Part shown: piece after piece, positions 44,830 through 59,900 of the stretch
How the letters are laid out: each line of letters begins with the position of its first letter
How positions within the stretch are numbered: position 1 is the first letter of the stretch
NCBI GenBank assembly: GCA_965637545.1
Contig: OZ281498.1
Span: forward strand, 5,518,001-5,582,000
Origin: Phallusia mammillata
Taxonomy: Eukaryota
Direction of reading: 5' to 3'
Length of the DNA: 64,000 nt
Position numbers and translations under genes: made by a program
Notes under the pieces: generated by a model
What the model saw: only the letters and a program-made list of their open reading frames with translations
Database searches by the model: none
What the model was told of the DNA's origin: nothing

Positions 44830-46161
44830 AATCAAAACCTGCTGCTAAAGCCCAGAAACCTAGGTGGAACATCTTTCAGCGTGGCACAAAAAATAAATCG
44901 AATTCCTCACTTTCAACACTTGCCGATCCAGCCGAGTTGCAAAGAGTATCTTTTGCGACATCAATTAATGATCTCCCTGAAAGACCTTCTGCTTTTAAGC
45001 AGGTAAATTTGTACAAATGACAGATCAACAAAAATAAGTACTTGGTTGGATGCCACGAGTGTAAAAAAAGCCCATAAAACTAAGCAAAATGCTGAAAATA
45101 AAATATTTTCACGAATACAATTTTCTCTTTTATTTAAATCAAACGGTAGCCATTAGTCTGTGCTGTACTGTGTGCTATCACTTCACACCTGTAATGCTAT
45201 TTCATAGCATGTTTTTTAATGCCATGTGTGCCTTATTTTTCTCTAGTATTATTGTTATTCAACATTTAAAAAACACTGTTTTTTCATTGCTTAACATGAG
45301 TTGTTTTGTTTTTTAAATATATATACTTTTGCACATTTGGGTTGTTAGTGACATTTTAATTTTGGGGCAATAATTTTTAACATGGATTTTCCCGTACCCA
45401 TAGTTTAGATGCAGTTTCATTCAAAAAAAAAAATTAATGCAGTTCACTTGCTTTTTAGGTGCTTGGACAAATTGGTGCTCAAAAAGGTGCACAGAAAATG
45501 AAAAGGGTGCATAGTTTTAAAAAGCTAGCAAGAGATCGGGATGGAAGATGTAGTTCACCTCAGGTATCACAATGCAAGCAAATTGCTTCTCGAACAGACT
45601 AAAAACGTATTTCTAAAACTTGGCACACTCATATCCTCCATTCCATAACTTGTAATAAGTTCAGGATGCATAAGAGGAAGCTTACAGCTTAGTTCTTGGC
45701 AACCAGTACAAATTTAATTAAACTGCACCACAGTAAGTAACCTAATCTGCTTTGTTTTTTAGTATATTACACTTAGCAATACTAAGGAGCCTGCATTCAG
45801 TACTGGGTGGCATTGTAGTATTTTGTGCCCCAACGAACTGTATGATATGAATTTTATTCGACAGGGTCGACTATCTGTTGGAAGTGCTACTTCAGCAAAT
45901 CTAGATGTTGCGTCTTACACAGGAATACCCAGGTTAGTGTGTATTAATCTTATTGTTCTCATTTTCCTATTGTGAAAGATATGGGTGAAATGCTTGCTGC
46001 AGTTTCTCCCTTTTTTAAGTAACTAGCAAGTGAGGGTAAAAATAGCACAGAAACTCATATATTTTACATGTTTTGTAGGTCTTCATCAAATTCTTCTTTT
46101 CATGGACTGCCTACTGAAACAAAATCGCTATATGCTGAGGAACATACGGTTTGTTAGATAA
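44830..46161 (+). CDS. Partial spliced ORF, Ser-rich uncharacterised protein (5' end unresolved)
   Basis: Four phase-compatible exons 44830-45002, 45459-45563, 45865-45932, 46079-46161 encode ESKPAAKAQKPRWNIFQRG...RNIRFVR*. Possible upstream exons 42504-42770, 43641-43687 and 44335-44384 fit in phase but are weak. Confidence 0.55.
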
Positions 46162-47926
46162 TTTTGTTTTTTTGTTATGACTATGTTTACCTTTAAAAAC
46201 ATAGTGAAAAAAAAATGTTTCTTAAGTTTGATACTAGACGGTATCTTAAGCCAAATACAAACCATATCTATACTGGAACCTAAAACAGTTCCAGTAACTA
46301 TATTTGATTCTTGTACAAGTTGAAAGTCCCAATCAAGACTTTTCAAAGTAGGCAGTGCAGCCCACGTTTAGGCATTTTGTAAAGTGAGTTGGCAGTCTAA
46401 CATTAGTCATATGATGCATCCCATTATGTCTGCCAATGAAAAATGTTTTTGCATGGAAAAGATTGATTGTGAGGTTCCTGTCTAAATTATAAAAATCTCT
46501 AAAGTTATGGCTTCAAAACTATAATTTAAATATAAATTATAGGAAATAATATACTGGTTGATTGATTATTATCAGTGCAGTGGTGCGTCAATGATACAAT
46601 TTCCCTTTGTACATCAATATGTAGCTTGAGCCATCTCAGGGGATCATTATTCAGACATGACATGCATTATGCATACCTTAGGAGTGGGCATGCTTTGACA
46701 AATTTTGACTCATTGACATGTCGCCCATATCTTTCCTGTCAAGCATCTTTTGTGCGTCGTGATGCACTGCTCAGACACAGACAAGAGCTCACTGGTGTAA
46801 ACTAGACTTTAGAATTTGCCTGTGTGCATTGTCCAGACATTGTCGGTCGATTTTGCAGGGGATTTGGAAGTATTAAATGTCTTCTCTCAGAAGAAGAAGC
46901 TTAACAACAACGTTGGTGCATAGGGACCTCATCGTTCGGTATTGATCGGTCGTCGTCTTAATTTTTTGCTTGCTGCAGTTCTTTAAAGCATGCAGCAGTG
47001 TTGCTAGCCCTGTTATCGACTGTTTATTATGTCACGAGGCTTTGGTCGCAGTGCAGATGCCTTGTTTTGTACCACAAGCGTTTCAGGCGAGGTCACATTT
47101 CGATTATTAGATGTACAATCCCAGTTTTTACCGTTTACCGGCTGTTGGCATAGAATGACGTGCGATACGGAGAAAACATGTGTAATTGTGCACCAGATCT
47201 TTGTAGGGCTAAGAATGATGTAATCCGTTTGGCGTGCTACGTCATGTATGTGAGTTGCCGATTTGAATACCGCTGCCCACGTTGAAGCATGTTGTACGGT
47301 ATATGTTTTGACAGCCACGCGTAAAGCAGCGTATGCCGGGTTGCCACGCGCCCAAAATCTGTATAAAGCAGGCCGCACCTTTATATCCCACTGAAGGCGG
47401 TTAGTATGTTTTACAATTTACATGGTTAGGAAACCTCGAGCATTTAGTCAGAAAGAGCATAACGTTCAGTGGTGTTGTGGTTCTAATGAACAAAACCTAA
47501 TGACCGACATGTTTAAGGGCGGTAACATCAAAACAAACCGTATGGATGGACTTCCTCGTTAAGAGGATATACAGGTTCTATAACAAATGCGTTAGTTTAG
47601 TCAGTTCGGCAACCCAATGAGTGAAGGCACAAATAGACTTTATCTGACCTCGTTTGGCTGTTCATTGATGCTAAAATGACAGATACCGAGATGTGGCAAT
47701 GGGAGTGTGTTGCGTCAGCGTCATTTAACTGACATAACACGTCTGTTTGGATGGCATTCGCGGCTTTTTGGATAGGAAGTAGCGTGGTATAAACTATGAC
47801 AGGTCATTTAAATGAGAGTTTACTTAACACATGTTTTACTATAGTGGTTAAGCGTATGTTGCACTTTTATGCTGAGCATTTAGGTAGTTACAGTCTGTAC
47901 CATTTGACTTGGCGCAATTGAGCAAT

Positions 47927-50900
47927 ATGGAGGATGTGGTTAAAAAGGATGAGGTACCTGAAATACCCGACTCGCTGAATATCCATCAACAGCAAGCTAG
48001 CGATACGTTGGACAACAGCAATGTGGTATCCGACTTGCCGGATATGACTGCTAATGACGCCGCAAACACCGATGAGTCAGGCTGGAGCGATCTGGACAGC
48101 GAAGACAGTGGCACAGTCGAAGACGCTAACAGCAACGGCCCTGATGAGTCATTCGAAGAGTTTGCACGCAAGCATAGCGCCCACAAGGAAATCTTCCGTT
48201 CCAAGGGCTGTTCTTCACTGTCAGCGGCAATTCCCAGATCGGTGTCTTTGTTTCGCCGACGAAGCCCTACCTCGCCACGACGGGCCTTCTTTTTCCCTAG
48301 CAAACCAGGCCCACACGGCGACGATTCAGAAGCACAGGACCAATGCAAATCAGCACCTCATAGTCCCCGCGCATCGCCGAAAAGGGTCGTTGGGCCACAG
48401 GTGCCGAAATCGCCGATAAAAGATGCTGTTGTACGGTCGAGATCGCTTGAGAACTACCGAGACCAGACCAACTTGACAAAATCGCCGTCGACCAAAATGC
48501 ACTGGTCTAAGCGATTTTTCACGCCTCCTTCTATCGTTCTTACTCAACCTTCCGAACACTCGCATGGCGTTGCAGACACAAAATCCGATTCGGCCCTAAC
48601 TTCAGATGCGAAGAGCCACTCGTTCGAAATATCATTGTCAAGGTTTCTCAAACCCGCATCGGGCCAGGCAGCAAAAAGGCACCACTCTGCTAAGGGCCAC
48701 GTAACAGCCGAAGCCGAGTTTCAATGGAGAAATATGGTCAGTGGGATAGTGGTTTATCACTCAATCAAATGTGACACACATGTATGATGCACAGAAGAGT
48801 ATATATGTGTTGCTTCGACGTTGGTCTTTATATGGAGTGTTCAGATTATATTCAAAACGAGCTTTCACTTGCGTTATGTGTAACATTTAAACCGCGAACC
48901 TGTTAAACAAATGGCGCAGCGCACAGAGCTCATAAGTCAACACGTAGGCTTTTCAGGCATAGGTTGTTTGTCATGCAAAGTTTAATTTAACCATCTGGCA
49001 GAACGTGCCTGTTTTGAGAGACTTTTTAAGAGTCTTGGTGTATCGTATCCACCAGTTGTTGTATGAAGTAGGTATAGCTATTCCACACGCTGCTTTCTCA
49101 AAAGGTCGTTGTGTTATTAATACCGCCGCTCATTGTTCCCCGTACGAGACAAAATGCTGTCGTCTTCAGCAACTATTTAAATTCTTATTGGTTGGGGAAC
49201 ACAGTAAATCAAGACAGTTGCGTTTTAAAAGTACGTGAGCATCTGAGGGCATTCCTTGTGTAAAGCATTTCTGCAACGGTATTGTCATACTTTGATATAA
49301 CGTATTTAGGTTTATTTGTGTAGCAACATAAAAGCTATTTAAAGGCTCACTAGTTTTTGAATTATCGAAATTCTATTATGTCGTAAGTATACGTTTTAGC
49401 CTCTAAGACGCAACGGAAGTAAAGGGGTGTTTTGTTTTTCTTTACAGGCTAGCAACAACAACACGGACGGTCGAAATAACACAGACAATCGATCATCTAC
49501 ACCAGCAGCTGGGGTTCTGCTCTCTGAGGCGCCTATACAACCGTCGGCAGCTCCTGTTCTCATGTCAGGTACATACTTAAGTTTCAATGGACTGTAATTA
49601 ATTTTTGCGAGCCTATCTTTGACTGTATCAACGTTGTGCTATATTACCACGTTGTGCACAAGTTCTGATGTGCCTGGTATGATAATTGCGCCAGTGGCAA
49701 AGTTTTTAGACTCGGTTTCGTATACGCGTTTGCGTGCATATACTGTTGGTTTCAAACACGTTAATAGCATGAAGGCTCCCTGTTTGCTTTTGCTAATTGG
49801 CTCAACCAATATTAATTTAAGTTGAAGTCCTGTGTGGAGTTACGCCCAAAGATAAGTGGTATTTTAACCATGGGCTTTGAAGTTTATGCAAACTATACTA
49901 TGGTCCACGAATCAAAGTTAAAAATCGGGTCGGGTTCGGGCATAAATTTGATAAAACTGGCTCACTTAGGGCCTGACTTTATACTCGGCATATTGATTGC
50001 CGCGTTTACACAACATTTTTGGACTTGATTTAGGCTATAACCAGTGGGAGTCAATTGTTTTGTCAGTCGGTTCTATCACAAAAGTCATATTTTTCAGTCG
50101 GTTCTGTTACAAAAAGTCCATACTGACTCTGTCTCAAGAGATTTTATGAGATCAGCGAACCGGTTAGCATTACTGGGCCTATAAACAACTCTGCCACGAA
50201 TAGGAAAAATTATGGTAAAAAAACGTAACCTATTCAGATCGTTGTAATTTGTTTGTTCAGGCGCAGAAAACGGAAATCAGAGCTTGAACGTTACGCAGTA
50301 CGACACGGTGGACGGTTCACCTTCGGGCGAGCAACAGAGAAACCGTAATTCCGTTGAACTCGACCACATACAACAAAAGATCTTGAAAATTAGGTACAAA
50401 ATACAAACTTACGTGCTGACTTTTCTGCAATACGTTTTTCAGTAAAATAACTTTCAACTATGAATCATTTTTAGAATAATTTTCACACGTAGTCAGAATA
50501 CAAGTTAAGCATCTTGTTTTGTTTGGATTCTTTAAATATTTTACTCCACTTCAAATGGGAATTCGGCAAACCAAGCAAAAGCAGTTCATTGGCGATTTGC
50601 TTATGGCCTGCTCGTACAAATCTTAACAAAATAACTCTTATTATCACAATTATTTTCTACTTTTAAGAAAAGCACTTGTTTACGGTACAAGCTGCATCAC
50701 ACTTTATTGTGTTTTATTAAAAAAGAAGACAATCTGTTTGAATAACTTTTTAAAAAAAATTTTGACGACTCGATGAACATTGTAGAGAAACATGATTGTA
50801 ATGGAAAATACTAGTGCCACTGAACCCTTCATAATCCGTATTTTGGTCGGTACCTTGTTAAAAAAAACACATGCAATAAATAGGGTCTTGTAACTATGGT

Positions 50901-53900
50901 GGACAATACCGATATATTTACTTCGTATGTTTTTGAGTTTGGGGCTATTTTTATGTCTAAATCACCGTGTTTTGCTATCCGGTGTTTTCACCCTGCTTTA
51001 TTGTTCGGAGATTTCTGCAGAACACAAGCCTGTATTGTAACGTGGGCGTTTTCGAAAATTTCACAGAACTTCACTCTTTGTATGGTTAATGTTTTACCTG
51101 TGGTTTAAAGGCTACGTCATTCCATGTTTTTCTGCGAAATGTTGACCTTGAGTAACCTCGCAAACACTCTACCTCCGTGATTTTAAACGAGATCAACACG
51201 TACAAGTGGTCCTTGTTTGATTTTGCGACACATTGTTACTAGGTTGCACAATATCAGTAGCTTTCTGCAATATTTTTCACTGACGGCAATTTGAATATGC
51301 CTGAAAAACGTTGTTGCGATCTGTCCCTATTACGTAATTGCATTATGTGATTTGCCATTCTCATTATTTGCAACTAAGGAATGTATCTCCAACAAAAATC
51401 TAGCTTCTAGGCATTTTTAATGTTTTATTATGTAACTAGTTTGTTTAATGTTGTGTTTCAAATCTAAAGCCTTAAAACCTTTGCCACTTGCGTACTACAC
51501 AAAGGGGTTTGGCGGCATAACCTGCAATTATAGTATATGATTCACTTGTCTTCTATTCTTAAAATAGCTGTACAGTTTCACAATAGGGAAAAAAGCTTGC
51601 TTGAAGCATAGCCTGTGTAACTTTGTTTTTTCTCAGGAAAACTTTTGTTCTATGTAACCCAAAATAGTTTCATGTCTGCCTAATACAGGGTTTGCTGGTC
51701 TTTAGTTCATTCTAACTTTAACTGCATTAATTTAAAACACAAACATAAATGTGTAAATTACAGACGTGAACTAATGTTTTCTGTGACAAAGATTACAGCT
51801 CTCCCAATTTTCTATAACGACCAGAAGTGGGCGCTACAGCCTAAGTAAAGAAGTCCAGGCCTAATGCATCCATCCATTCTTTATTCAAAATTAAAAGTTA
51901 AAATATTTTTTTGCAGCGAAGCGATCAAACTAGAACAAGCAACACGGGACAGCAACGTTGCCGATTACCTTAAGCTTACTACGAACGCCGACAAGCAACA
52001 GACAGTCCGCATCAAAACAGTCTTCGAAAAGAAAAACCAAAAGTCCAATGCCACTATTACGCAGGTTTGTCATTTTGCAATAGCTCTTTGCTATGAGGCC
52101 AATGTGTTACGCCAGCCCACATAACAGTTTTTTTGTTACTGTGGGCTCAAAAGATAGCGATATGTTTGTGCTATTGACTCTATTTTGTAGCACACCTAAG
52201 CAAGGGCTATGGTACGGCGTCTTTTGCGTATTAAAACACAAAAATTTAAACGTATAATGTTACACTTATGCACATAGAAGTGCATAGGAAAGTATGGGTT
52301 TAAAGCAAACAAAGGTAAAATTAACTGTCCTTCGGGCCACTTAGAACTACCACTGTTTCAAAATGAAATATACAAATCACATTCAGGGCGGTATTAACAG
52401 CTCGTGTGACTCTGGCAATTACAGGTCGCACTACGCATGTTTTTATTGTCGGTCTGCGAACGTAGAGCCCTGAGAAACGCCGCTTGAGGGAACCAAACCG
52501 CTATTTAATTAACCCGCATCGCTGACCTATCGTCGTTCCTGTCAGGCAATAAGCAGATTGCGTGCGTCGGAAAGGTGAAAGGTCACAGCCAGCGCAACGA
52601 AATTATATGCAGCGAAAGGCAGGGACAACAACATACTTCAGTTATATTTAACTGTGCTTAAAGATTGTTACGTACGACGCCGATGACTGAATGGGTTAGT
52701 CACTGGCAAGACGTAGAACGTACCCACTGATGGTGTGACTGCGGTTCGAAGTGAAAGCAAGCGGTACCGCAGATCTTTCCTTGTGTTAGAATTAGATTGG
52801 AGTGTCTATAGTTACCCCGCATTCAGGCTGTAGATACCATTGTGCAGCTGTTCGTTAAGAGTTCGGCTCAACAAGTGTTGGAATCAGACGCTTTGTGTTT
52901 TCAATTTATAAGAAGCTAAGAGCAGCTGTAGTCTAGAAAGTGTTGTGTATTTGTATTGCTATAGCTTTGGTTGTGTTCGTTTTAAGAAGTGGGATATTTT
53001 ATAGATTTCGTTGGTTATAGAGCGCATGTTGATAGCAGAAAAGGACAAAGTTTTTAAGAAAAATTAGCTATTGCTGCATAAGAGTTGTTTTGTTCATAGG
53101 GTGCATGCTGACTTCATTGACAATTGTATAGCTCTGCGTAGACTAGCCAATTCTCAACTGTTTGTTTTTAATACCAGTGCATGTTGAGTTGCATTATGTT
53201 TACGTGTATTAAAATAATTAATAATCATTGAAATAAATCTGTTTTGGTGTCCGTAAGGAGAACATAAATTCTGCGTAATCTTTGCTTTAACAAAAGAAAG
53301 TTTAGTGTCACTATAAATAGGAGTTTGTGGCTTTGTAGCTGGTCACGCCTGAATGATGAGCAATGAAGCGTGTACTTGCCTTGGTTTGTAGTACCAGCCT
53401 GTGTGTGTAGTGTAGTATCCTTATTAGCAAAGCGCCGTGATCGATTGTCATTCAGTGAAACGTTATTTGGCCTTTTAAGATTTCAAGTGTACAGTATGGA
53501 CAAGTCAAGTCCAAGCCAGTAGGCTGTGTCAATGTAGGGTTGACTGTGTCAGGAAGCAACTGGCACGTGAGTGGTTGCAACAGAGGTTACGCGTGGACAC
53601 AATGAAAGGTCATGCGCCGAGAAGACGTAGTTTAAGATCCGCTACAACCAAACACTTGGTAAGTCCATAATGAGAGTACTTAGTTCAAGTGAGAAACATT
53701 TTTCTCAGGTCAGGCTTTATACGGGTAAATGCTAGGGCAGTGGTTCCCAATCGGTGAGGGATTCCTCCCAAGAAAGGGATCATAAACTTAGGGGAGGAAT
53801 TTACTTTAATTTTTACATGTGGTCTGTAAATGACAATTAGGCTTTGGAAATAAAACCTGTGAAGTTGATAAAAGACCCAATGATCTTATATGGTTAAGCT

Positions 53901-56900
53901 GAGCATCTCCTATGCAGTATATTGGGGAGGAATGAAAATGTTTTCAATTGGGTAGGAATTCTTTAAAAAAGGTTGAGAACCACTGTGCTAGGTCATAGCC
54001 TGGTTTGTAATTACAAACACTGTAGTGAATAGCAACGTGAAATAGCTCTACGCCGAAACATGGACCTAGCGTGCTATTGGTTTACTGTAGTGATAAATTA
54101 TTAATTTTTACTCGTATTGCTTTTGATAACTATTTTATTTCGCGACACATCTATTAGTTTCGTTATGTTAAATGAACATCAAACGCTAGATATGTCAAGA
54201 GCACAAAGGACTTAACATTACTAAATATAAGTACAACACTTAAATCGATTGGCAAAACAATAAATGCGTTCTTTCAGTCGTCACACATAAGTACGTTACG
54301 AAACCTGACCAACATGTTCACCAAAACTGAGTTTCTTTACAAATGATTTTCATCGATTATTTTCCGAATTTGAGTGATTTTTTTGTTGATGCTATGTTAA
54401 AATACTTGTGCATTGCAGCGAAATCTCGGAAAAAACATATTTTAAACATTCCATAAGTTTTGTATGTGACCTATGGTCCGTTAATAAAACATAGCTGCCA
54501 CTTTTTACCATTGTGCTCGATTAACCGACTACAATTACTGACATTTAAGCGGCTGATGTATGGGACGCTGACCTAAGCCCACGATTAGCATGCCAATCAC
54601 TCAACCGACTTATTCTTTGTTGTCACCGCGGTCTGATCGATCGACGGTTTCGACGTTAATCGTCCAAAAATAAGACTTCGATTTTGCATTGCGCTCTTAT
54701 TGCAATCAATTTGCAACCCTGTGGTTCCCAACGTTTTTCGACGAATTCCTTGGTTAACAATTCAAAACATTTCCATTCCTCCCTAAAATACCACATAGGA
54801 GTTGCTATACCATACAAAGATCATTTAAAAAAATGAGTATTTTATAAACTTCACAGGTTATATTCTAAGTGTCCATTTACAAAACACATGTAAATTTTAA
54901 AGTTAAATACTCTCCTTAAGATTTAAAACTCCTCCCTTGGGAGAAATTCTTTCCCGGTTGGTTACAAATGCCACGGCTACGGTTGCTAGCCATTTTGCGT
55001 GGCAAAGAACTCGGCCTGCCTAAACTGTAAATATTTTTGTGACTTGAAATTTTACACGTTTTTTTATCTGTGTAGTTGCAAAAGAAGCTTGAGACCTACC
55101 ATCGCCGCTTGAGGGAGCTGGAGAGTAACGGAGGAGGCAGACAAGGAAGGTTGCGGGATGTTGGTGCAAATCTGCGTGACTTTTCCGGTGGCGTAGTAGA
55201 CAGCGTCAAGCAAGTAAAACAGGTGTGTATATGCAATCATATCATATATATCCAGCTCATTTTCAGCGCTATTGAAATAACAGTATTCTAAAAATTGCAT
55301 ACTTTAATAGTAGATCTACTAACACAAGAACTCACAGTACTCACCGTAAAGAGCGCAGTTATTTAAATTAACAGTGAGATGGATTAGGAATTAAATTTGT
55401 TTTACTACCTAGTGCAGTGGTTCACAACCTTTTTGTAGTCACGGACCCCTTTTATAAATTTTATGCGCCTGCGGACTCCCAACACAATTTACCGGAAGTC
55501 TTTCTATGTGTTTTGTTTTTTGCATTATACATTTTTGGCAGCATTTTAATCAACCTTCACAGTCCCTAAATTTAAATGATGTTCCGTACTGTAGAAGTCA
55601 ACGCAACACAGAGATAATTTTTCTGGTGTACAAAACTTGAAACAAACACTATAAATTCCATTGTTCATGTGTGTTGTGATGTCACAATGAAGATAACAAT
55701 CACAAAAAAGTAATTTTTCCCATTCCAAAGGTTTGATACACAGTCTGCACTCGTATGCAGGATTGCAAAAACAGTTCGAAAACTTACAAATATTTGACTA
55801 TTGGTTAACGGTACTAATGGTGGTTGCCTCCACGGTCCCCCTAAAACCATCTCACGGACCCCTTGGGGGTCCGCGAACCATAGGTTGGGAACCACTGACC
55901 TAGTGTGAGTGCTTGTGTTAGTAGCTCCACCATTTTTGATAGGCAATTGGAAAAAATACATTTGTAAGCCTAAATGTTATTAATGCACAAAGCATGCTGT
56001 CCAACACGAGTTGATGCTTTTTAATTGTGGGGATTAGAATTTTTGTCCGAAGTTGAAAATATATATATTGTTCAATTCCTGATTTTTTTGCATTTTTATG
56101 CCCTAATTGTACTAATAATTTTGATAAGCAAAATGCCGCCCAACACACATTTTCGTGCGAAGTTGAAAACACACATTTTGTTTGATTCTTGAATTTTCTT
56201 AAATACTCTTATGCCCTGTCAACTAACGTTATTGGTGAACACAAAACACCGCCCTAATTTGAGTTGATATCTTGCAGGCAACGCAGAATGCAGCGGGAGC
56301 GATTGTTTCCAAGCCTAAGGGATTGGCAACAAAACTGAAAAATAAATTTGGGAGCGTGGATAATTTAAATTCTCTGCCATATGAAGATTCCAACGACGGT
56401 AAGACCAAAAACGGTTTGACTTTCGATTGATATACAGTTGGTTTTGTACGAAAAGGCGATTTAAGTCTAAACAGGTGTAAACGTTTTTTTGGGGGGTAAC
56501 AAACATTATTGACAAAACTTTGGATAAGTCTTTTAAAGGGGTCCACGGCCCAGTACCAGTCAGCGAGAAGTTCGTTACTGAGCCGTATAATTTTTCAGGT
56601 TAAGTCCTTTAAAACATTTTGCCCATGTATCCTGGGAATGATAAATTAATTAAGGCGTTTTCATTGCTAAATATTTGTAGTTTTTTAAAGTCCGGTCCGC
56701 GATAAAATTTCAGTTTCAAAAGCGGTCAGCATTGCAAAAAAGGTTGCCGACTCCTGCTTCTAAACTTTTAAATGATCCTCTGAAGTGTTTCTGCATTCGG
56801 GTCCCGGTAAGACTCCTGTCGTGGGTTTGAATCCTACCGCATGCTACATTTTACTAACCTACGCCTTGCCATGTGGGAATGCTTGGTGTCCGGTCGATGT

Positions 56901-59900
56901 GGTATTACGCCTTCAACTATAAAACAAAGCTTATATTTGAAAATGCAAAGCCTCACTGAAACTATCAACTTTTTTTCAGAATTTGGGGTAAGTAATGATG
57001 AAGTCAGCTCGACATCTGGATCTATAGATTTCCCTGGCACATCGGCCTATGACGAACTGCCCAATCAACATTCGTCCGTCCATTCTGGTCCAGAGAGTCC
57101 TGAAAATGGAATTCAGGGACAAAAATCCCAAACCCAACAGCTTCATGCGCTTGCTGAACAACTTATGACTTTGCAATCAGAGCTAGAGGTGGGAATAATG
57201 AACATCTGATGATAAGATTGTCCTAGCGTAATGTCCTGAACTTATCGGTTATGATGAACATAAATCCACAACTGGGTCAACCCTGAAGCGCCTTTGCAGA
57301 CCAGCATTCACGGCACACTCATATATAAATCACAGTCCCCCCCACTAATGGTGTTGTTACAAGAAACTGAAACTAAGATTTTCAAGAGCCACGTATAGGT
57401 TTCCGACCTTGCTTTATATTCTAATTTTATTAAGTTTCAAAAAAATATGTAAGGACCTGTTCTCAGTTTATCAACATAATTTGCAAAGTCCAGCAGTACG
57501 TTTATAGTGTGACTTTTGTATTTACAATTTTTTTTTTGAAAATTTTTCAGGCAATCCAACGATCACGTTCCCAGTTTGAATCGAGCTGGGACTTGTGGAA
57601 AAATCAGGCCAATGATGAAATAACATTTTTGACAGACGCACTGAGGGAGGAAAGACACAGGTAGGCAAAACAACGGAAGAATTTTGCGCACTTCTGTACC
57701 GGGAATATTTCATAGATTTGTCCCATTCATGTTTGTGTCCACCATCTATCCAATATAGTTTTTTACCATTATGAAGGCCAAAATCTGTCCAAGATATATA
57801 AGCTGTTGCTGCCAGTAATAATATCAACTTTAAAGAACTCTTTGTTGCGCTGTGACGTGCTTGCGTTTAATTCTTTTTTTACCATTGTTTATCGTGCACT
57901 GTACTACGCAAATTCATTGTTATTTACCGTAACCAAGGCGACCTGTATTGGACGAAAAACGTCGGTGCAAAAATGCAATTACCAAGCTCTGTAAAGTTGA
58001 TGTCCAAGATATGAAGTGTGTTTTTCGTTTTCAATGTGCTCGCTACGACTACAAAATTATATGATTCAACGGGTTTAGTTTAAATCTGCTACCTCATTAA
58101 GGACCATTTTCAGAAGAGGGATCATTCATTTTTGCTTGCAGAAACACCTGTGTTGTAAAATGGCAAAAAGATAACGACCCAAGTGATTTTAGGTCTCTAA
58201 AGTATATCTTGTGATTACAACAAATACGGCATGTGGATATGTGTGTATCAATTGCAATGTTTCCCCAAAAAATAGTTAAATTGATGTGATTCCGTTGAAC
58301 TCCGCTACATTTACAAACCCAAATTATAACAGATACGAGAGATTAGAAGTTCAGCTGAACGATTTGACGGAACGGCACCAGCACGAAGTTTCATCCCTCA
58401 AACAGGACTTGACCAGCATGGAGGAGAAGGTCGAGTATCATGCTCGTGAAAGAGAAAGAGATATGCAGGTCGGTACATTACACCTGTGCCGTTGAACAAA
58501 AGTTTGACTTTTAAAAAGGTTGTTAGTTGATAGCGTATGCCATAAAACTTTCCGAACATCGGTGTCGCAAACTAGTCATGCAGGTCAGATATCCTAACTG
58601 TGCTTATTTGTGTTAAACGCTGTCTATTGGCACACCAAGAACTGTCGAGATGTTTTTTCTAATCTTCTCAAAATCGAATGCCCTTGTTTAAAAATGCACA
58701 CCACAGCACCCCAAAACCACAGGTTACTGTAGGTCAAACATAGCGTCATTACAGCGACCAGACGCACTGTTATGTCATAAGATGTGTAGGTTTCAATGCA
58801 CTATACAAGTTAATCTGTGGCAATCGGAATTTCGATATTTGATGCTCGGTGCTCGTAAAAAAAAACAGTTTAAGGCCGTAATATGGTAGGCGAAAGTTTA
58901 AACGAAGCCAAAATTACCATACGTGTGTCATCGAAAGCCTTATTTTAAGTGGCCCTGGGGAATCTCATTGGTTAAATTAAACGAAGTCATTAACTCCCTC
59001 AGTCGGAAAAAAAATAAATCAAAAATGATCCATTCAATACCACACTGGATTTATATAATGCTTAACGCATGGAAGCGCTTCCCATCGAGATGGCATCAAA
59101 ACAGGAAAATATCAGACAAAGTTTGCTAATAAATACCGTTGCATTTTCGAACGTTACAAAAGAAAATTCTGTAAAAATCCTCATGATTAAGGCTACTTTA
59201 GTTGGGATAAGGTTTTGTAATAAAAATTACAGTAGAAGTTCCTAACCTTTAATTTAGTTCTTAACCCAATTCCTGCGTAACTGCTAATTTAAATAATTGC
59301 TCTTTTCGCCACCTATCTGTATTTAGCTTTTTCTGGTCTTAGGAGCAGTTTCATAAAAAATAAACAAACGCATAAAAATTACCACCATGTGACATACCCT
59401 AAATATTAATTTACATTACTAGGAGGCGATAGAGAACTGCCAGACGCGTTTAGCGAAGATGGAACTGCAGCAACAGCAACTTGTGGCAGTGGAAGGTTTG
59501 GAAAATGCCAACGCCCGTGCTTTGTTAGGCAAACTTATCAATCTACTTCTGTCGGTGCTAGCCGTTGTACTTGTATTTGTTTCAACTATATCTGGTCTGA
59601 TCACTCCACTGATGCGATCACCGGTAAGTTTCGTTAGTTATCATTTGTACACATTTAAGAGGAAAAGCAACCTATTTTTAAAGCGAATGATTTACTTGGT
59701 GTTGAAAATTTTTTGAATGTGAAAATTGGTGTTTTTCATGTCCAGAGAGATTTGTGTGGAAATTTCAATACTTCTTGCATTTCAGGAATGATTCCGTCGG
59801 GCTTAGTGACCAGATTTGCCCCACTTTTGTTCTGAGCACCGTATCATATAAAATTTGTAAAAAAAAAAATTGTACAGTTTTTACTCGATTGTATAAGCCA

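Noticed and set aside
46600-47400. Coding-like block with a 121-aa minus-strand ORF
   Set aside because: GTG start, no domain recognised, and stops in adjacent frames. It could be a UTR or decayed element; a translated search is needed.
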